Shown here: positions 9,264-18,562 of the stretch, piece after piece
Layout: every line of letters begins with the position of its first letter
Numbering within the stretch: position 1 is the stretch's first letter
DNA from: a virus
Taxonomy: Duplodnaviria; Caudoviricetes
Virus record (IMG/VR): IMGVR_UViG_3300048576_000564
Span: 1 to 36,964 of that record
Reading direction: 5' to 3' (one strand)
Length of the DNA stretch: 36,964 nt
The notes under the pieces: generated by a model
The model's database searches: none
The model's input: the letters and a program-made list of their open reading frames with translations, nothing else
What the model was told of the DNA's origin: nothing
Translations under genes and position numbers: made by a program

Positions 9264-10894
9264 CGCGTTGCCCCCACGGTGTTGCGCAAGAGCCGCGCGT
9301 TGACGTCATCCTGCCGTCCGGCGACGGCGGCGCCGACCGCCTGCGGGTCGGCCGAGGAATAGACGTTGATCTCGGTTTTTTGGTCCAGGGCCACGCTGCC
9401 GCCGCCCGGCGCGGCGATCGCCGCCGCCGCCGCGGGGGCGGGAATCAGCGCCGCCGAAGACATGCCGCCCCCGCCGCCAAGCCCCAGCTTGTCCTTCGCC
9501 CAATCCGGCATCCAGTCGGTCAGGCGCTGCATCTGGCGGGCAAGAAAATCGAATGCGGATCCGAAGGCTTCGACGATCGCGCTCGCCGCCGCTTCGGCCA
9601 TGAGGGCGAAATCGGGGAAGTTTTCGGCGATGCTCGGCCACAGGGCGGCGAAGTAGGCCGCGATGGTGTTCACTAGTCCGTTGAACGCCTGGTTAACCGT
9701 ATCGCAATAGGCATTGACCAGGGCCTTCCCGGCGTCGAGTGCGCCTCGGAAATCACCGGTGAACAGGGCGTAAATCAGGTCGATGGCGTGGCGGACCATC
9801 GTCGCCATGCCGGACAGCAGGTCGAGCACGGTGTCGATCGCCGGGATCAACGCGGCGGATAGTGCGGTGACGATGCCCATCAACACGCCCGCCAGCGGTC
9901 GCAAAGCGGCGACGACGCGGGTAACGGTCTGTTCCCACGGCCCCCAGTCGAAGAAGGCGGTGCCGCCCTCCATATAGGTGATGTAGTCGTCGATCAGGGC
10001 AACGACGGCGGCCAGTCCGGCAACGATCGCGCCGAGCGGCGTGGCCAGGAAACCGAGATTGAGCAGTCGCCACGCGGCCAGCAATGCGGCAGCGCCCGCC
10101 ACCAGCCGCTGCTGGGATTTGTCCAGGCCGTCGAACCAGTCGACGAGGCGCATCACCCAACCGATGATCCGCCCGGCCATGGCGGAAACCGCGCCGACAA
10201 TCCTCATCGCGACCGAGATGATCCCTTCGATCACCTTTTTGATCTTGTCGAAGTTATCGACGATGCCCCGCCGCAGGCGTTCGACGTCGCCCCGGATTTT
10301 GCCCATGAAGGACAGGCTGATCGCCTCGGCCAGAACCGTCGCGATCTTGCCGAGCTTGCTGAGTTCGATCATGAAGCCACGGGATTCCTCGGCGGCTTTC
10401 TGCGCGTCGATCCCGGCGACCGCGTACATCTTGGCGAATTCGTCCTTCAGCGCCCCCGTGTCCTTGATCAGCATCGGGATCAGGGTGGGGTCGATGCCCA
10501 TGCGGGCGGCATAGGCTTCGCGGGCGGCGCGGCTCATGCCGCGCATGTTCTGCCCGGCGAGTTCCAGCGCGGCGGCGGTATCCTTGATGCGCGGGTTGGC
10601 GGCGCGGATGCCGTCCAGGGATCGGGTGACCGCGTCGGCGGAGGATCCGGTCTGTTCGGCGGCGTATTGCAGTTCCTGCAATTTGGCGACGGGCACGTCG
10701 AGGCGTTCCGAGGCGCGGCCCAGTTCGTCGTATTCCGAGGCGACCTTGAGCACGGCGGCGGCGGCGCCGACGGCGATCGCGCCGACCGCCAGACCGAAGC
10801 CCTTGACCTTTCCCATGGCGGAGTCGAGCGACTTCTCGTCGACGTCGAAACCGACCGCCGCCAGGAACTCCGCAATGATCCCCGAATCCGCCAC
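9260..10894 (-). CDS. Tail tape measure protein
   Basis: 544 aa, helical and Ala/Gly-rich with hydrophobic segments; follows chaperone genes; GTG start. Confidence 0.85.
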   Translation of the reverse strand: MADSGIIAEFLAAVGFDVDEKSLDSAMGKVKGFGLAVGAIAVGAAAAVLKVASEYDELGRASERLDVPVAKLQELQYAAEQTGSSADAVTRSLDGIRAANPRIKDTAAALELAGQNMRGMSRAAREAYAARMGIDPTLIPMLIKDTGALKDEFAKMYAVAGIDAQKAAEESRGFMIELSKLGKIATVLAEAISLSFMGKIRGDVERLRRGIVDNFDKIKKVIEGIISVAMRIVGAVSAMAGRIIGWVMRLVDWFDGLDKSQQRLVAGAAALLAAWRLLNLGFLATPLGAIVAGLAAVVALIDDYITYMEGGTAFFDWGPWEQTVTRVVAALRPLAGVLMGIVTALSAALIPAIDTVLDLLSGMATMVRHAIDLIYALFTGDFRGALDAGKALVNAYCDTVNQAFNGLVNTIAAYFAALWPSIAENFPDFALMAEAAASAIVEAFGSAFDFLARQMQRLTDWMPDWAKDKLGLGGGGGMSSAALIPAPAAAAAIAAPGGGSVALDQKTEINVYSSADPQAVGAAVAGRQDDVNARLLRNTVGATR

Positions 10895-11134
10895 TTATTT
10901 ATGCTCCAGAAAGGCCCTGTACCGCCGCTCGTTCTCATCCTGCACGTCGAGGGCGTCGTTGATGTCCGCGACGTCCGAAAGGGACAGGGTTCCGTCCAGC
11001 AGGCTTTCGAACCTGCAACACCCGCGAAGCACCGGCCGCATCAGCCAGTCCTCGCCGGTGTCTAGGGTCACCCAATCGACGCCCGGATCCGGCTCACATC
11101 GATGCCAAGCGCGGACAGGGCGTCGGTAAAACCC
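10895..11134 (-). CDS. Frameshift extension of the tail assembly chaperone (GT-like)
   Basis: The -1 frame from the slippery site reads GFYRRP...GEDWLMRPV...ESLLDGTLSLSDVADINDALDV and stops next to the TMP start. Confidence 0.75.
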   Translation of the reverse strand, partial: GFYRRPVRAWHRCEPDPGVDWVTLDTGEDWLMRPVLRGCCRFESLLDGTLSLSDVADINDALDVQDENERRYRAFLEHK

Positions 11135-11496
11135 GCCAGGTTGGCCTTGATCACATGCGTCGCGACGATCAGTTCGCCGATCATGTCGAGCGAATACATC
11201 GTCGCGCCGTTTACCCGTAGCGGAGCCCAGCCCAGGCCGCCCGTCTGTTCCACCTCGGCGGCGGACAGGCAGGCGTCGAGGATGTAATCGGCCTGTTCGT
11301 CGGGAATCGCCGCCAGCACGTCGCCCAGCGGGCCGACGGCGGCCAGCAATCCGCCATCCGATTTTCGGGCGGCGTCGATCTCCGCGATTTTGCCGAACAG
11401 GGTGCCGAAGCGCCGCACGACGTGAAACTGAGTGCGCGCCGGCATACGCTTCGGACAAATCTTCAGGTTGCCGACGGTGAAGGTGGTGGCGTTCAT
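11068..11496 (-). CDS. Tail assembly chaperone (G-like)
   Basis: Between tube and TMP; QFHVVRR motif; carries slippery heptamer near its 3' end. Confidence 0.78.
   Translation of the reverse strand: MNATTFTVGNLKICPKRMPARTQFHVVRRFGTLFGKIAEIDAARKSDGGLLAAVGPLGDVLAAIPDEQADYILDACLSAAEVEQTGGLGWAPLRVNGATMYSLDMIGELIVATHVIKANLAGFTDALSALGIDVSRIRASIG
11128..11134 (-). other. -1 programmed ribosomal frameshift site G GGT TTT
   Basis: X XXY YYZ heptamer in the correct phase (GCG GGT TTT); the -1 frame is open to 10895. Confidence 0.78.
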
Positions 11497-11505
11497 GATG
11501 TCCTC

Positions 11506-11964
11506 TTACTTTTCCGGGGAGCCGCTGCCGAGCTGACGGTCGGTCTTGCCGGCGTGGAACGTCCAATCGTTGTTGCCGGCCTGTTCGGTGTAGCTCAGCC
11601 CGGTTTCCTTCGCGAAGGCGACGCCGCTGCAGGTGATGGTTTCGCCGCGGGCGACGTCGCGGATGGTGATGGTGTTGCGCCCCCACAGCGACCCCGAGGT
11701 CCGCTGATAGTTCAACAGGGCCTGCAACTGGGCGTTCACCGTGCTGGTCTTGAGCAGACGGACGGTGACGGTGCTGCCTTTGCTGGCGTTCATGCTATGC
11801 ATGTAGGACCCGTCCGCGCCCTCGGTCATGGTGTTGAGGTCGCCGGTGGCCTCGACGGTGATGCCTTCCTTCGCCGCGCCTGCCTCGTCCCCGGCCAGGG
11901 GGAAGTTTCCGCCCGGCCCGTCGATCGACGCGTGTACGTCCTTGAAGCTGTAGACGCTGCTCAT
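11506..11964 (-). CDS. Tail tube protein (DUF3277-like)
   Basis: YSFKDV.ASI.GPGG, GADG..MHS, LLKTS.VN motifs; follows sheath. Confidence 0.82.
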   Translation of the reverse strand: MSSVYSFKDVHASIDGPGGNFPLAGDEAGAAKEGITVEATGDLNTMTEGADGSYMHSMNASKGSTVTVRLLKTSTVNAQLQALLNYQRTSGSLWGRNTITIRDVARGETITCSGVAFAKETGLSYTEQAGNNDWTFHAGKTDRQLGSGSPEK

Positions 11965-11979
11965 CTGGGGTCTCCTGGA

Positions 11980-13446
11980 TTAACGGTTGACGTCGATCTG
12001 CACGTCGACGCTGTGAATCGCACCGGCGAGCTTCGCCGCGACCTGAATCGGCGGGGCGATGCGCTGTTCGCGGTCGGATTGCGCCTGGTCATCCACCAGA
12101 CCGGCGTAGATGTAGTAGCCCTTGGGCAGGTAGTCCCCGTCCTCCAACTGACCGAAGCCGTCGGCATTCCAGGTGCCGGGGGCGATCAGGCCGTTGTCGG
12201 TCGCCGCGCCGGACAGCACCGTCTCGATGCGGGCGACGATGCGGTTCACCCCGCCATCGGTCTGCTGCACCTTGGTCTTGCCCTGATAGAACAGGTTCCA
12301 CACCTCGGTCTGGATGGCGTTCTGAAGCCAGTCGGTGCCGTGGACCTCGTCGAACCAGGTGCCGTCCGCCATCACCCCTTCCTGGAAGATCGCGGTGTCG
12401 TTGTCGTAGGCGGCGAAGACGTTGCAGTTCTTCCCGGCCAGGGCCTGCGCCTGGGTTTCGCCGATGTTCTCGGCGGTGATCCCCGGCAGTTGCTTGAACT
12501 TCAGGGTGATGGTGGATCGGTTGGCGTTGAAATTGACGGTGAACGCCCGCCCGAACGCCGAGACCACGGCGTAGGGATTGGCCGAATAGGCGGTGAGGAT
12601 GCGCTTGATCCCCGCCGCCTTGGCGCGCGAGGCCAGATCCTGGGTATAGGTCTTGTCCATCGCGCGGGTGTCGATGATCGTTGCACCGTAAATGCGGGAG
12701 CGGTCCGACGCGTTGATGTAGGAGGCGACGGCCAGATGCTGATCGACGGTGATGGAGGTGTCGGCGAAGACCAGGCCGTACCATTCGCCGGAACGGTCGG
12801 CCAACGCCGTCGCGCATTCCAGCGGGGTTTCCGCGTCCGCGCCGGGCACCGGGGCGAGGCCGGTTTCGGCGGTCAGCTTCATCTGCGCGGCCAGGGCGCC
12901 CTCGGCATAACCGATCGTCGCCGCCGCGCCGGTGGCGACGGAGGACAAAATGAACCGCGTGCCGTCATAGGTGCAGCTTGCCCCATGCGCCACCAGGGCG
13001 GCGGACACGATGCCGGCCACCCCTTCCAGGGTGACGGAGTCGGAGAAGTCCAGCGCATTGACCGTGGTTTCGACGCCGCCGACGGTAACGGTCAGCGATC
13101 CCGCATCGGTGTCGGTCCACTCGGACAGGGCGGCCTCGGCATCGGTCAGCGCCGCGCCGCGCAAAATGGCGGGTACCGCCTCCTTCAGCCAGCGGGCAAC
13201 GTGCAGGATGCTGGGGCGCGGCGTCTGGCTGAAATAGATCTCGGCGGCGGCGTATTCCGGCGCATCGACGCCGAAGTCGGCGGCGACGGCGGAGATTCCG
13301 GTGTATTCGCGGATGCGTTCGGACTGGTCGATGACGGCGCTCGGCCCGGCGATCGCAAGCACGCCGAAATTCCGGCGGCCCGCCGCCTTGGGCGAAAGGT
13401 TGATAACCACCTTGACGACGCGCTGCACGCTAAGGGTCTTACTCAT
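11980..13446 (-). CDS. Tail sheath protein (DUF3383-like)
   Basis: 488 aa; YFSQTP.P, TLKFKQLPG, FDEVHG.DW, Q..SDRE.R.APP, AGAIH motifs. Confidence 0.88.
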   Translation of the reverse strand: MSKTLSVQRVVKVVINLSPKAAGRRNFGVLAIAGPSAVIDQSERIREYTGISAVAADFGVDAPEYAAAEIYFSQTPRPSILHVARWLKEAVPAILRGAALTDAEAALSEWTDTDAGSLTVTVGGVETTVNALDFSDSVTLEGVAGIVSAALVAHGASCTYDGTRFILSSVATGAAATIGYAEGALAAQMKLTAETGLAPVPGADAETPLECATALADRSGEWYGLVFADTSITVDQHLAVASYINASDRSRIYGATIIDTRAMDKTYTQDLASRAKAAGIKRILTAYSANPYAVVSAFGRAFTVNFNANRSTITLKFKQLPGITAENIGETQAQALAGKNCNVFAAYDNDTAIFQEGVMADGTWFDEVHGTDWLQNAIQTEVWNLFYQGKTKVQQTDGGVNRIVARIETVLSGAATDNGLIAPGTWNADGFGQLEDGDYLPKGYYIYAGLVDDQAQSDREQRIAPPIQVAAKLAGAIHSVDVQIDVNR

Positions 13447-13984
13447 GATGATGGTCTCCGGTGATGACGACGGGTGCGGACAGGAAGGGCAGCACGGGAA
13501 CGGCGGCGGTTTCGCCCTGGCGAACGATCAGGGGCACGTCGACGCGGGTGACCCACGTGTCGCCGAACAAATCGGGGGCGCGGGTGGCGGTGCCGGTCGA
13601 AACCAGAGCCAGGCCGTGCCGCCGCAGGAAATCGCGGTTCTGCGGAATCCCCGCCAAACCCGTCACCAGGCGGCGGGCGAGGCGCAGGGCGTTCGGTCCA
13701 TAGAACGAGGCAAGGACGGTCAGCAGATCCTCGGTGTGGATCTCCGCGCCCGCTTCGCCGCACAGCAGTTGCACCGCTCCGGGGGAAAATTCGGTGATGC
13801 CGAAGGCGCACCAGTCGGTATCCATGTTCGGCTGTTTTGGCGGACGCGGCTGAAAGCGCGGGCGAACCAGCGACGGCGGCAACCCGGCGACAGCGGAGAT
13901 CAGCGCGTTCAACACGTCTTCAACGGTGCGTTCATCGGGCGCGGAAACCGGAAGGAAACCGCCGGTGGCGGAGGTGTTGCTCAC
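13439..13984 (-). CDS. Tail terminator / neck protein
   Basis: SNTSATGGFL, LVRPRFQ..PP, SFYGP motifs; precedes sheath. Confidence 0.65.
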   Translation of the reverse strand: MSNTSATGGFLPVSAPDERTVEDVLNALISAVAGLPPSLVRPRFQPRPPKQPNMDTDWCAFGITEFSPGAVQLLCGEAGAEIHTEDLLTVLASFYGPNALRLARRLVTGLAGIPQNRDFLRRHGLALVSTGTATRAPDLFGDTWVTRVDVPLIVRQGETAAVPVLPFLSAPVVITGDHHHE

Positions 13985-14322
13985 GACACGTCCTCCTTCA
14001 CTGCCAGGATTTTTCGGAAACCATCGTTCGGCGGAGACCAGGTCTCGATCGAGGCGACCCGATAGGCCGTGCCCTGCCAGAACAGGCGATCGGCCTCGCC
14101 GACCTCGGCGACGGTCCAGATCGTCAGCGATTCCTTGATCCGGTCCGCCTCGGGCAGCACCTCGCGCTCGCGCGGGGTGGCGGGTTGCACCGATCCCTGG
14201 ATGGTGCCCTCGGTCTCGGTTTCGATGCCGCGACCGTGATCGTCGACGCCGCGGACGATCCGCACGATGCGGATATCGGCGACGAAGTCGGGATCGGTCA
14301 GCAGTTCGCGCACGTCGATCAT
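13981..14322 (-). CDS. Head closure / head-tail joining protein
   Basis: DV..LL.DPDF, GSVQP, D..WQG..YRV pattern. Confidence 0.65.
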   Translation of the reverse strand: MIDVRELLTDPDFVADIRIVRIVRGVDDHGRGIETETEGTIQGSVQPATPREREVLPEADRIKESLTIWTVAEVGEADRLFWQGTAYRVASIETWSPPNDGFRKILAVKEDVS

Positions 14323-14864
14323 TCGCCGCGCCCCCGGATCACATAGGAAATCGCCTTGCGTAGCTGTCCGGTGACGATCAGCGGGTTCGGACGGCGCGGC
14401 ATTTCGCGCGCCTGGCCGCGCTTTTTCTTCGGCATCTTGCCGCCGATCCGCCCGCGCGCGGCAAGCGTGGAGTCGGCCAGCGGCGCCCAGTCGTTATCGA
14501 CAAACTTGGCGCGGATCGAATTGACCGCGAGCAGGCCGATCTTGTTGAAGGCGGTGATCACGCCGCCCGTGTTGCCGCGCAGCGCCTCGCGCGCCGCGCC
14601 GCGCAGCAGATCGCGCACCTCGGGCAGAATCGTCTTGATGCCGGGCTTCACGAAGGGGCGGGCGGGAATGTTGGCGGCAGGGCTGCCGGTTTCCTGGATG
14701 TAGCCGATCGCGGCGTTGCCGATCGGCGCGTCGTCGCCGCCACGCGCGTCTTTGTCGTCGGGAATGCCCGCGAGCACACGGCTGGCGTCGAGTTCGCGAA
14801 AGGCGTGGCGCATCGCGGCGGTGTTGTCGATGGTCTGCCGGACACGGATCTGCGGGCGGATCAT
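14319..14864 (-). CDS. Neck / tail completion protein
   Basis: Start MIRPQ by ATGA overlap; NAAIGYIQE.G...IPARPF, PL..TGQL..AI.Y motifs. Confidence 0.65.
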   Translation of the reverse strand: MIRPQIRVRQTIDNTAAMRHAFRELDASRVLAGIPDDKDARGGDDAPIGNAAIGYIQETGSPAANIPARPFVKPGIKTILPEVRDLLRGAAREALRGNTGGVITAFNKIGLLAVNSIRAKFVDNDWAPLADSTLAARGRIGGKMPKKKRGQAREMPRRPNPLIVTGQLRKAISYVIRGRGE

Positions 14865-15259
14865 AGCACCATCCCCCCAACCCCGACCGACTGTACCAAG
14901 GTCCAGTACTGCTTGCCGTAGCTGGTGTCGTTGTACTGCCCAGCGTTGACGTCGCCGGTGGCGGCGGCGCCCGCCCTCCCGATGGATTTGTTGATGCCGC
15001 CGACCGTCTTCGCCTCGGAAACGATGCCGCCCTGCGCCGCATCCATCCCGCCGGTGCCGTCCGTCGCCAGCGCGGCGGCGGCGGCCAGCGTCAGCCGATG
15101 CGCGGTCAGCAGCATCACGCCCATATCGAGCAGGGTGTCCCACCGCGCCGCCGGAAGCTGCGCCTCGGCTTGATCCAGCCAGAATTGCACCTGCGGATCC
15201 GGAAACTTTTCCGGATCCGCGAAGGCGGTCATCACGGCGCGGAAGGCGGCCGGGGTCAT
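14861..15259 (-). CDS. Head-tail adaptor (DUF4054-like)
   Basis: Start MTPAAFR; LLTAH.L and YN.T.YG.QYW motifs. Confidence 0.78.
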   Translation of the reverse strand: MTPAAFRAVMTAFADPEKFPDPQVQFWLDQAEAQLPAARWDTLLDMGVMLLTAHRLTLAAAAALATDGTGGMDAAQGGIVSEAKTVGGINKSIGRAGAAATGDVNAGQYNDTSYGKQYWTLVQSVGVGGMVL

Positions 15260-15261
15260 GC

Positions 15262-15588
15262 CTACTTGCCCTTCTTCTTGGAGGTTTCGGCGGTTTCGTC
15301 GGTCTTCGCGGCCTCGATGGCGGCAGCCTCGGCCTCGGCCTTCTTCGCGGCCTCCTCGGCGGCGGCCTTGACGGCTTCTTCCTCGGCCGCCTTCTTCGTG
15401 GCCTCGATGGCGGCCAGCACCGCTGGATCCACCGCTTCCTCGGCCCGACCGTTGGCCAGACACCCCTGGATGAACCAGTGCTTGAACTCGTCGTCGGTCA
15501 GGGTCTGCACTCCCGGCGCGAACAGGCGCGCCGGGGTCTTCTTGTCGGCGGAGAAGTAGAACGGAAGGAGTACGCGAATCGTCGGCAT
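15262..15588 (-). CDS. Small head-associated protein with Ala/Glu/Lys-rich tail
   Basis: Directly after capsid gene; HWF motif, then an EAAK-like low-complexity helix. Confidence 0.6.
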   Translation of the reverse strand: MPTIRVLLPFYFSADKKTPARLFAPGVQTLTDDEFKHWFIQGCLANGRAEEAVDPAVLAAIEATKKAAEEEAVKAAAEEAAKKAEAEAAAIEAAKTDETAETSKKKGK

Positions 15589-15600
15589 GGTGTTTTTCCT

Positions 15601-16536
15601 TTACGCCGCGTCGCCGTAGGCGATGGTTTCGGGATAGACGAATTCCACCTGGCCGAACTTGCAGTAATAGGCCGTCTGCTGTTGCAGCAGGTGCTGCTCC
15701 AACGGCGTCTTCTGCATCGGCACCAGGGGGAAGCGGACGTACTTCTTGTCGCGGGTGTAGGACACGATGCGGTCCTTGCCGCCGACGCCCGCGCCGGTCA
15801 GCCACTTGAGCGGCTGAATTTCCAGCGGGCGGCCGTTCTTCGCCGCGCTGACGCACTGCTTCGACACGAAGTCGAGAATGGTGCGATCGCCGCCCACGGT
15901 CACCGGACGCAACAGCCCGGCGAACTTGACCGGCGGCAAGCGCAGCTGGTCGGGGGCGAGAGTGTATCCGGCACGACCCCAGGCGTGTTCCAGGTATTTG
16001 TTGAGGTCGGCGAGGATCTCGTCGGCGGGATCGTTGGCATAGTCCGCCTGCAACGCATAAGGCGGGATGGACGGGTGGTTGATCAGGCCGACGGCGCCGA
16101 CGTCGACGTCGCCGATATAGACCATCTCGTCGATGTCCATCTGGTTCTTCAGCTTCATGCCGTCGTACTTCTGGGCGTCGATCGGCCGGTTGAGCCGCTG
16201 CGCGGCCTCCAGTTCGATCACGCTCCAGTTCAAAACCATGCCCCACAGGTGCAGGGGCTGCGTCGTCTTGCTGATATCGACGGAGACGTTGGTCAGCGCG
16301 GTCGAATTGCGCCCGGCCCACGCCTTCTTGCCCGCGCCGAAGGCACCGGCGGCGGCAAAGTTGGAAAGGGTGAACCCCGCGCTTTCGTCGCTCATCACGA
16401 CGTCTTCGCGCAGGTCGATGTCGCGCTGCCAGGTCACCTCGACCAGCGGCAGGTTGACGGTGGCATCGAGCTTCTCCAGCTCCCCCTGAAGGAAGGCGCC
16501 GGTGGAGTCGATGGTACGGCGGTCATAGGTGAACAT
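15601..16536 (-). CDS. Major capsid protein (DUF2184-like)
   Basis: Start MFTYD after GAGG SD; GAFL.GELE.LD, WS..ELEAA..L.RPID.QK, GL.N, G.VEF.YP motifs. Confidence 0.88.
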   Translation of the reverse strand: MFTYDRRTIDSTGAFLQGELEKLDATVNLPLVEVTWQRDIDLREDVVMSDESAGFTLSNFAAAGAFGAGKKAWAGRNSTALTNVSVDISKTTQPLHLWGMVLNWSVIELEAAQRLNRPIDAQKYDGMKLKNQMDIDEMVYIGDVDVGAVGLINHPSIPPYALQADYANDPADEILADLNKYLEHAWGRAGYTLAPDQLRLPPVKFAGLLRPVTVGGDRTILDFVSKQCVSAAKNGRPLEIQPLKWLTGAGVGGKDRIVSYTRDKKYVRFPLVPMQKTPLEQHLLQQQTAYYCKFGQVEFVYPETIAYGDAA

Positions 16537-16546
16537 CGGATGGCCC

Positions 16547-17014
16547 TCAGACGTTGAATTCGATTTCGACGGCGCCGGTGGAATCCGCCGGGCCGGTGAA
16601 GACGGCGCCGGGGATGGCGACGCCGGCGGAGATGGCGAACTCGCCGATGGCGAACCCATCGGCGGCGGCCTCCACCAGCTTCACCGCCGCGCCCTTCACC
16701 GCCGCGGCGGTTTCGGCAGCCGACAACTGCACGGCGATCCAGCCCGACCGCAGGCCGTCCTGCACGGTGTTGGCGTCCAGGACGCCGACGCCGAGAGCGG
16801 TCGCGGAGCTTTGGGTCGGATAGGCGCGCACCAGCACGCCCTTCACCGACGCGGCGGTCACCGCCTGGATCGCCTTGCCAGAGGCATTGATCGCGAACGG
16901 CTTGCCGGGCGCGGACGCGGCGCCCAGAAGCACGGGCTCCAAGACCGAATTGGCGGGGCGGGTGACGGCGCCGGGGATGCCCCCCGGCATGGAACGGTCG
17001 TAGACGGTCATCAT
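16547..17014 (-). CDS. Capsid decoration / cement protein
   Basis: MP.GIPGAVTR, GVLVR.YP, FTGPAD..G.VEI.FN; between scaffold and capsid. Confidence 0.7.
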   Translation of the reverse strand: MMTVYDRSMPGGIPGAVTRPANSVLEPVLLGAASAPGKPFAINASGKAIQAVTAASVKGVLVRAYPTQSSATALGVGVLDANTVQDGLRSGWIAVQLSAAETAAAVKGAAVKLVEAAADGFAIGEFAISAGVAIPGAVFTGPADSTGAVEIEFNV

Positions 17015-18276
17015 TTCGCTCCCTTGCGATGGTCCGCGAACAGCTTGTTCAAATCGGACGGGGTGGTGGCGGTGACGCCGGACTTCGCCGCGACGCCGGG
17101 AATGGCGGTCAGGGAGTCGGCGACCGAGCGGTTGGTGCGCGCACGGGCGACCTCGGAAGCCGCGGCGAAGGCGGCATCGAGCGTCGCGCGATCGGCGGCG
17201 GCGATCGGCTTGCCGCCGAGCACCGCATCGATGGTGCGGCGCACCGCCTCGTCCTTGGCGGAACGCAGGGCGGTGCGCTTGATCAGCGTGGCGCTGTCGC
17301 CGACGCGGGCGGCCAGGCCGGGGCAGATCATCGTCGCCGCCGCCACCACGCCGGAATCGGCGGTACGGCGGGCGGCATCCTGGGTGGCGGGCTTCGGCTG
17401 CGGATCCTCGTCGTCGGTCTTTTCCTCGGCGGCGGCCTCGTCGGTGGCCATCACGTCCGGGTCCTCGTCCTCGCCGGTCGCGGCGGGCGCGCCGGCGGCG
17501 TCCAGCTTCTGCATGATCGAACGCAGCAACAGCAGGATCTCCGCCTGCGGATCTTCGTCGCAGGCCTTGGCCGGGTCCTCGTCGGCGGCCTTCACCGGGT
17601 CCTTGCCCGGTTCGATTTCCTGGGCGACCGCTTCGTCCAGGGCCTTTTTGGCCTTGGGGTCGGCGTCGATCGCCTTCTTGATCGCCGGGCTGCCGAAAAG
17701 GGCGGCCAGCAATCCGCGCTTGGGGGTGGTCATGGTGCTATCCTTGTCCCTGATGGCACACCGGTGACCGCACCGACCGGCGTCGACCAGGGCGATGTGG
17801 TTTCCGATGATGCGGGTTTGACGACCGACGCCGGTGGCGACGGCCTCGTATTCGGCGTCGTAACCGCAACTGATCTCGCGGACGCCGTCCTTGCGGATCG
17901 CCTTGATGGCACCCGCGTCGGTGATCAACAGATCGGCCAGCAGCAGATCGGCCTCCGCCCCCACGCCGCGGCGGACGTTCTGGGCATGGCCGACGGCCAG
18001 ATCGCGCCAGTTGTCCGGGGTGACGTCCTCGGGCGGATGATCGACGGTTACCGGCTTGCCCTCGAACGAGGCCATGCTCACCGGAGTGAACAGGTCCTCT
18101 TCCAACCGATAGACGGTGACGACGGAAGTTCCGGCGGCGGCGGCAATGCCGACCTCGTCCGGCAGATAGTCGAGGGATCCGGTGCGGGCGATCGGCACGG
18201 CGCCGCACAGCAGATACCCCTCGGGGGTTTCCGCGATGCGTTCGGATATACGGGAATTAACGAAAAACCGCGCCAC
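17011..18276 (-). CDS. Prohead protease/scaffold (DUF2213-like)
   Basis: TPEGYL, PIARTG, SFEGKPVT.DHP, EISCGY, NHIALV..GRCG..C; acidic C-terminal half; GGAGG SD. Confidence 0.85.
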   Translation of the reverse strand: MARFFVNSRISERIAETPEGYLLCGAVPIARTGSLDYLPDEVGIAAAAGTSVVTVYRLEEDLFTPVSMASFEGKPVTVDHPPEDVTPDNWRDLAVGHAQNVRRGVGAEADLLLADLLITDAGAIKAIRKDGVREISCGYDAEYEAVATGVGRQTRIIGNHIALVDAGRCGHRCAIRDKDSTMTTPKRGLLAALFGSPAIKKAIDADPKAKKALDEAVAQEIEPGKDPVKAADEDPAKACDEDPQAEILLLLRSIMQKLDAAGAPAATGEDEDPDVMATDEAAAEEKTDDEDPQPKPATQDAARRTADSGVVAAATMICPGLAARVGDSATLIKRTALRSAKDEAVRRTIDAVLGGKPIAAADRATLDAAFAAASEVARARTNRSVADSLTAIPGVAAKSGVTATTPSDLNKLFADHRKGAK

Positions 18277-18298
18277 GATGCCTCCTGGTCAGGACGGC

Positions 18299-18345
18299 AT
18301 CATCGCCTTTGCGGCGCACACCAATAAGGGCGCAAGGTTGCGCCC
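18299..18345 (-). promoter_or_regulatory. Putative Mor/C-activated late promoter (Mu P_I analogue)
   Basis: Palindrome GGGCGCAA-GG-TTGCGCCC at 18328-18345, 24 nt upstream of -10-like GATGAT; same layout at 25544-25590. Confidence 0.6.
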
Positions 18346-18512
18346 CAGGGGTGTCGGCGGGATCGAAAGGGAGTATATCGCGGAACGGGTGTCGGGCCGA
18401 TCGGCGACGGTCAGAGCCTACGCCGGAACCGATCACCTGCCAAGTGTGGATGCGGGCGGGGCCGAAACGCCGCCGTTAAACACCCATTTAACGGGGCAGG
18501 AACGCGAACTCG

Positions 18513-18543
18513 AAGAAAAAGCCCCAACGGGTGCCGTCGGGGC
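18513..18543 (-). terminator. Rho-independent terminator after the MuF/immunity pair
   Basis: Minus strand GCCCCGACGG-CAC-CCGTTGGGGC followed by TTTTTCTT. Confidence 0.7.
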
Positions 18544-18562
18544 GTGAAATGCATGGGCGGGC

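Noticed and set aside
15290-15420. Repetitive GCCTC/GCGGC-rich tract
   Set aside because: Explained by an Ala/Glu/Lys low-complexity helix; lacks the GNA-palindrome core
14861-16321. Over-long ORF calls (486 aa here; also 20099..22477, 6721..8325, 26444..27727, 27150..28292)
   Set aside because: Upstream extensions overlap real genes; starts were reassigned using SD motifs and stop/start overlaps
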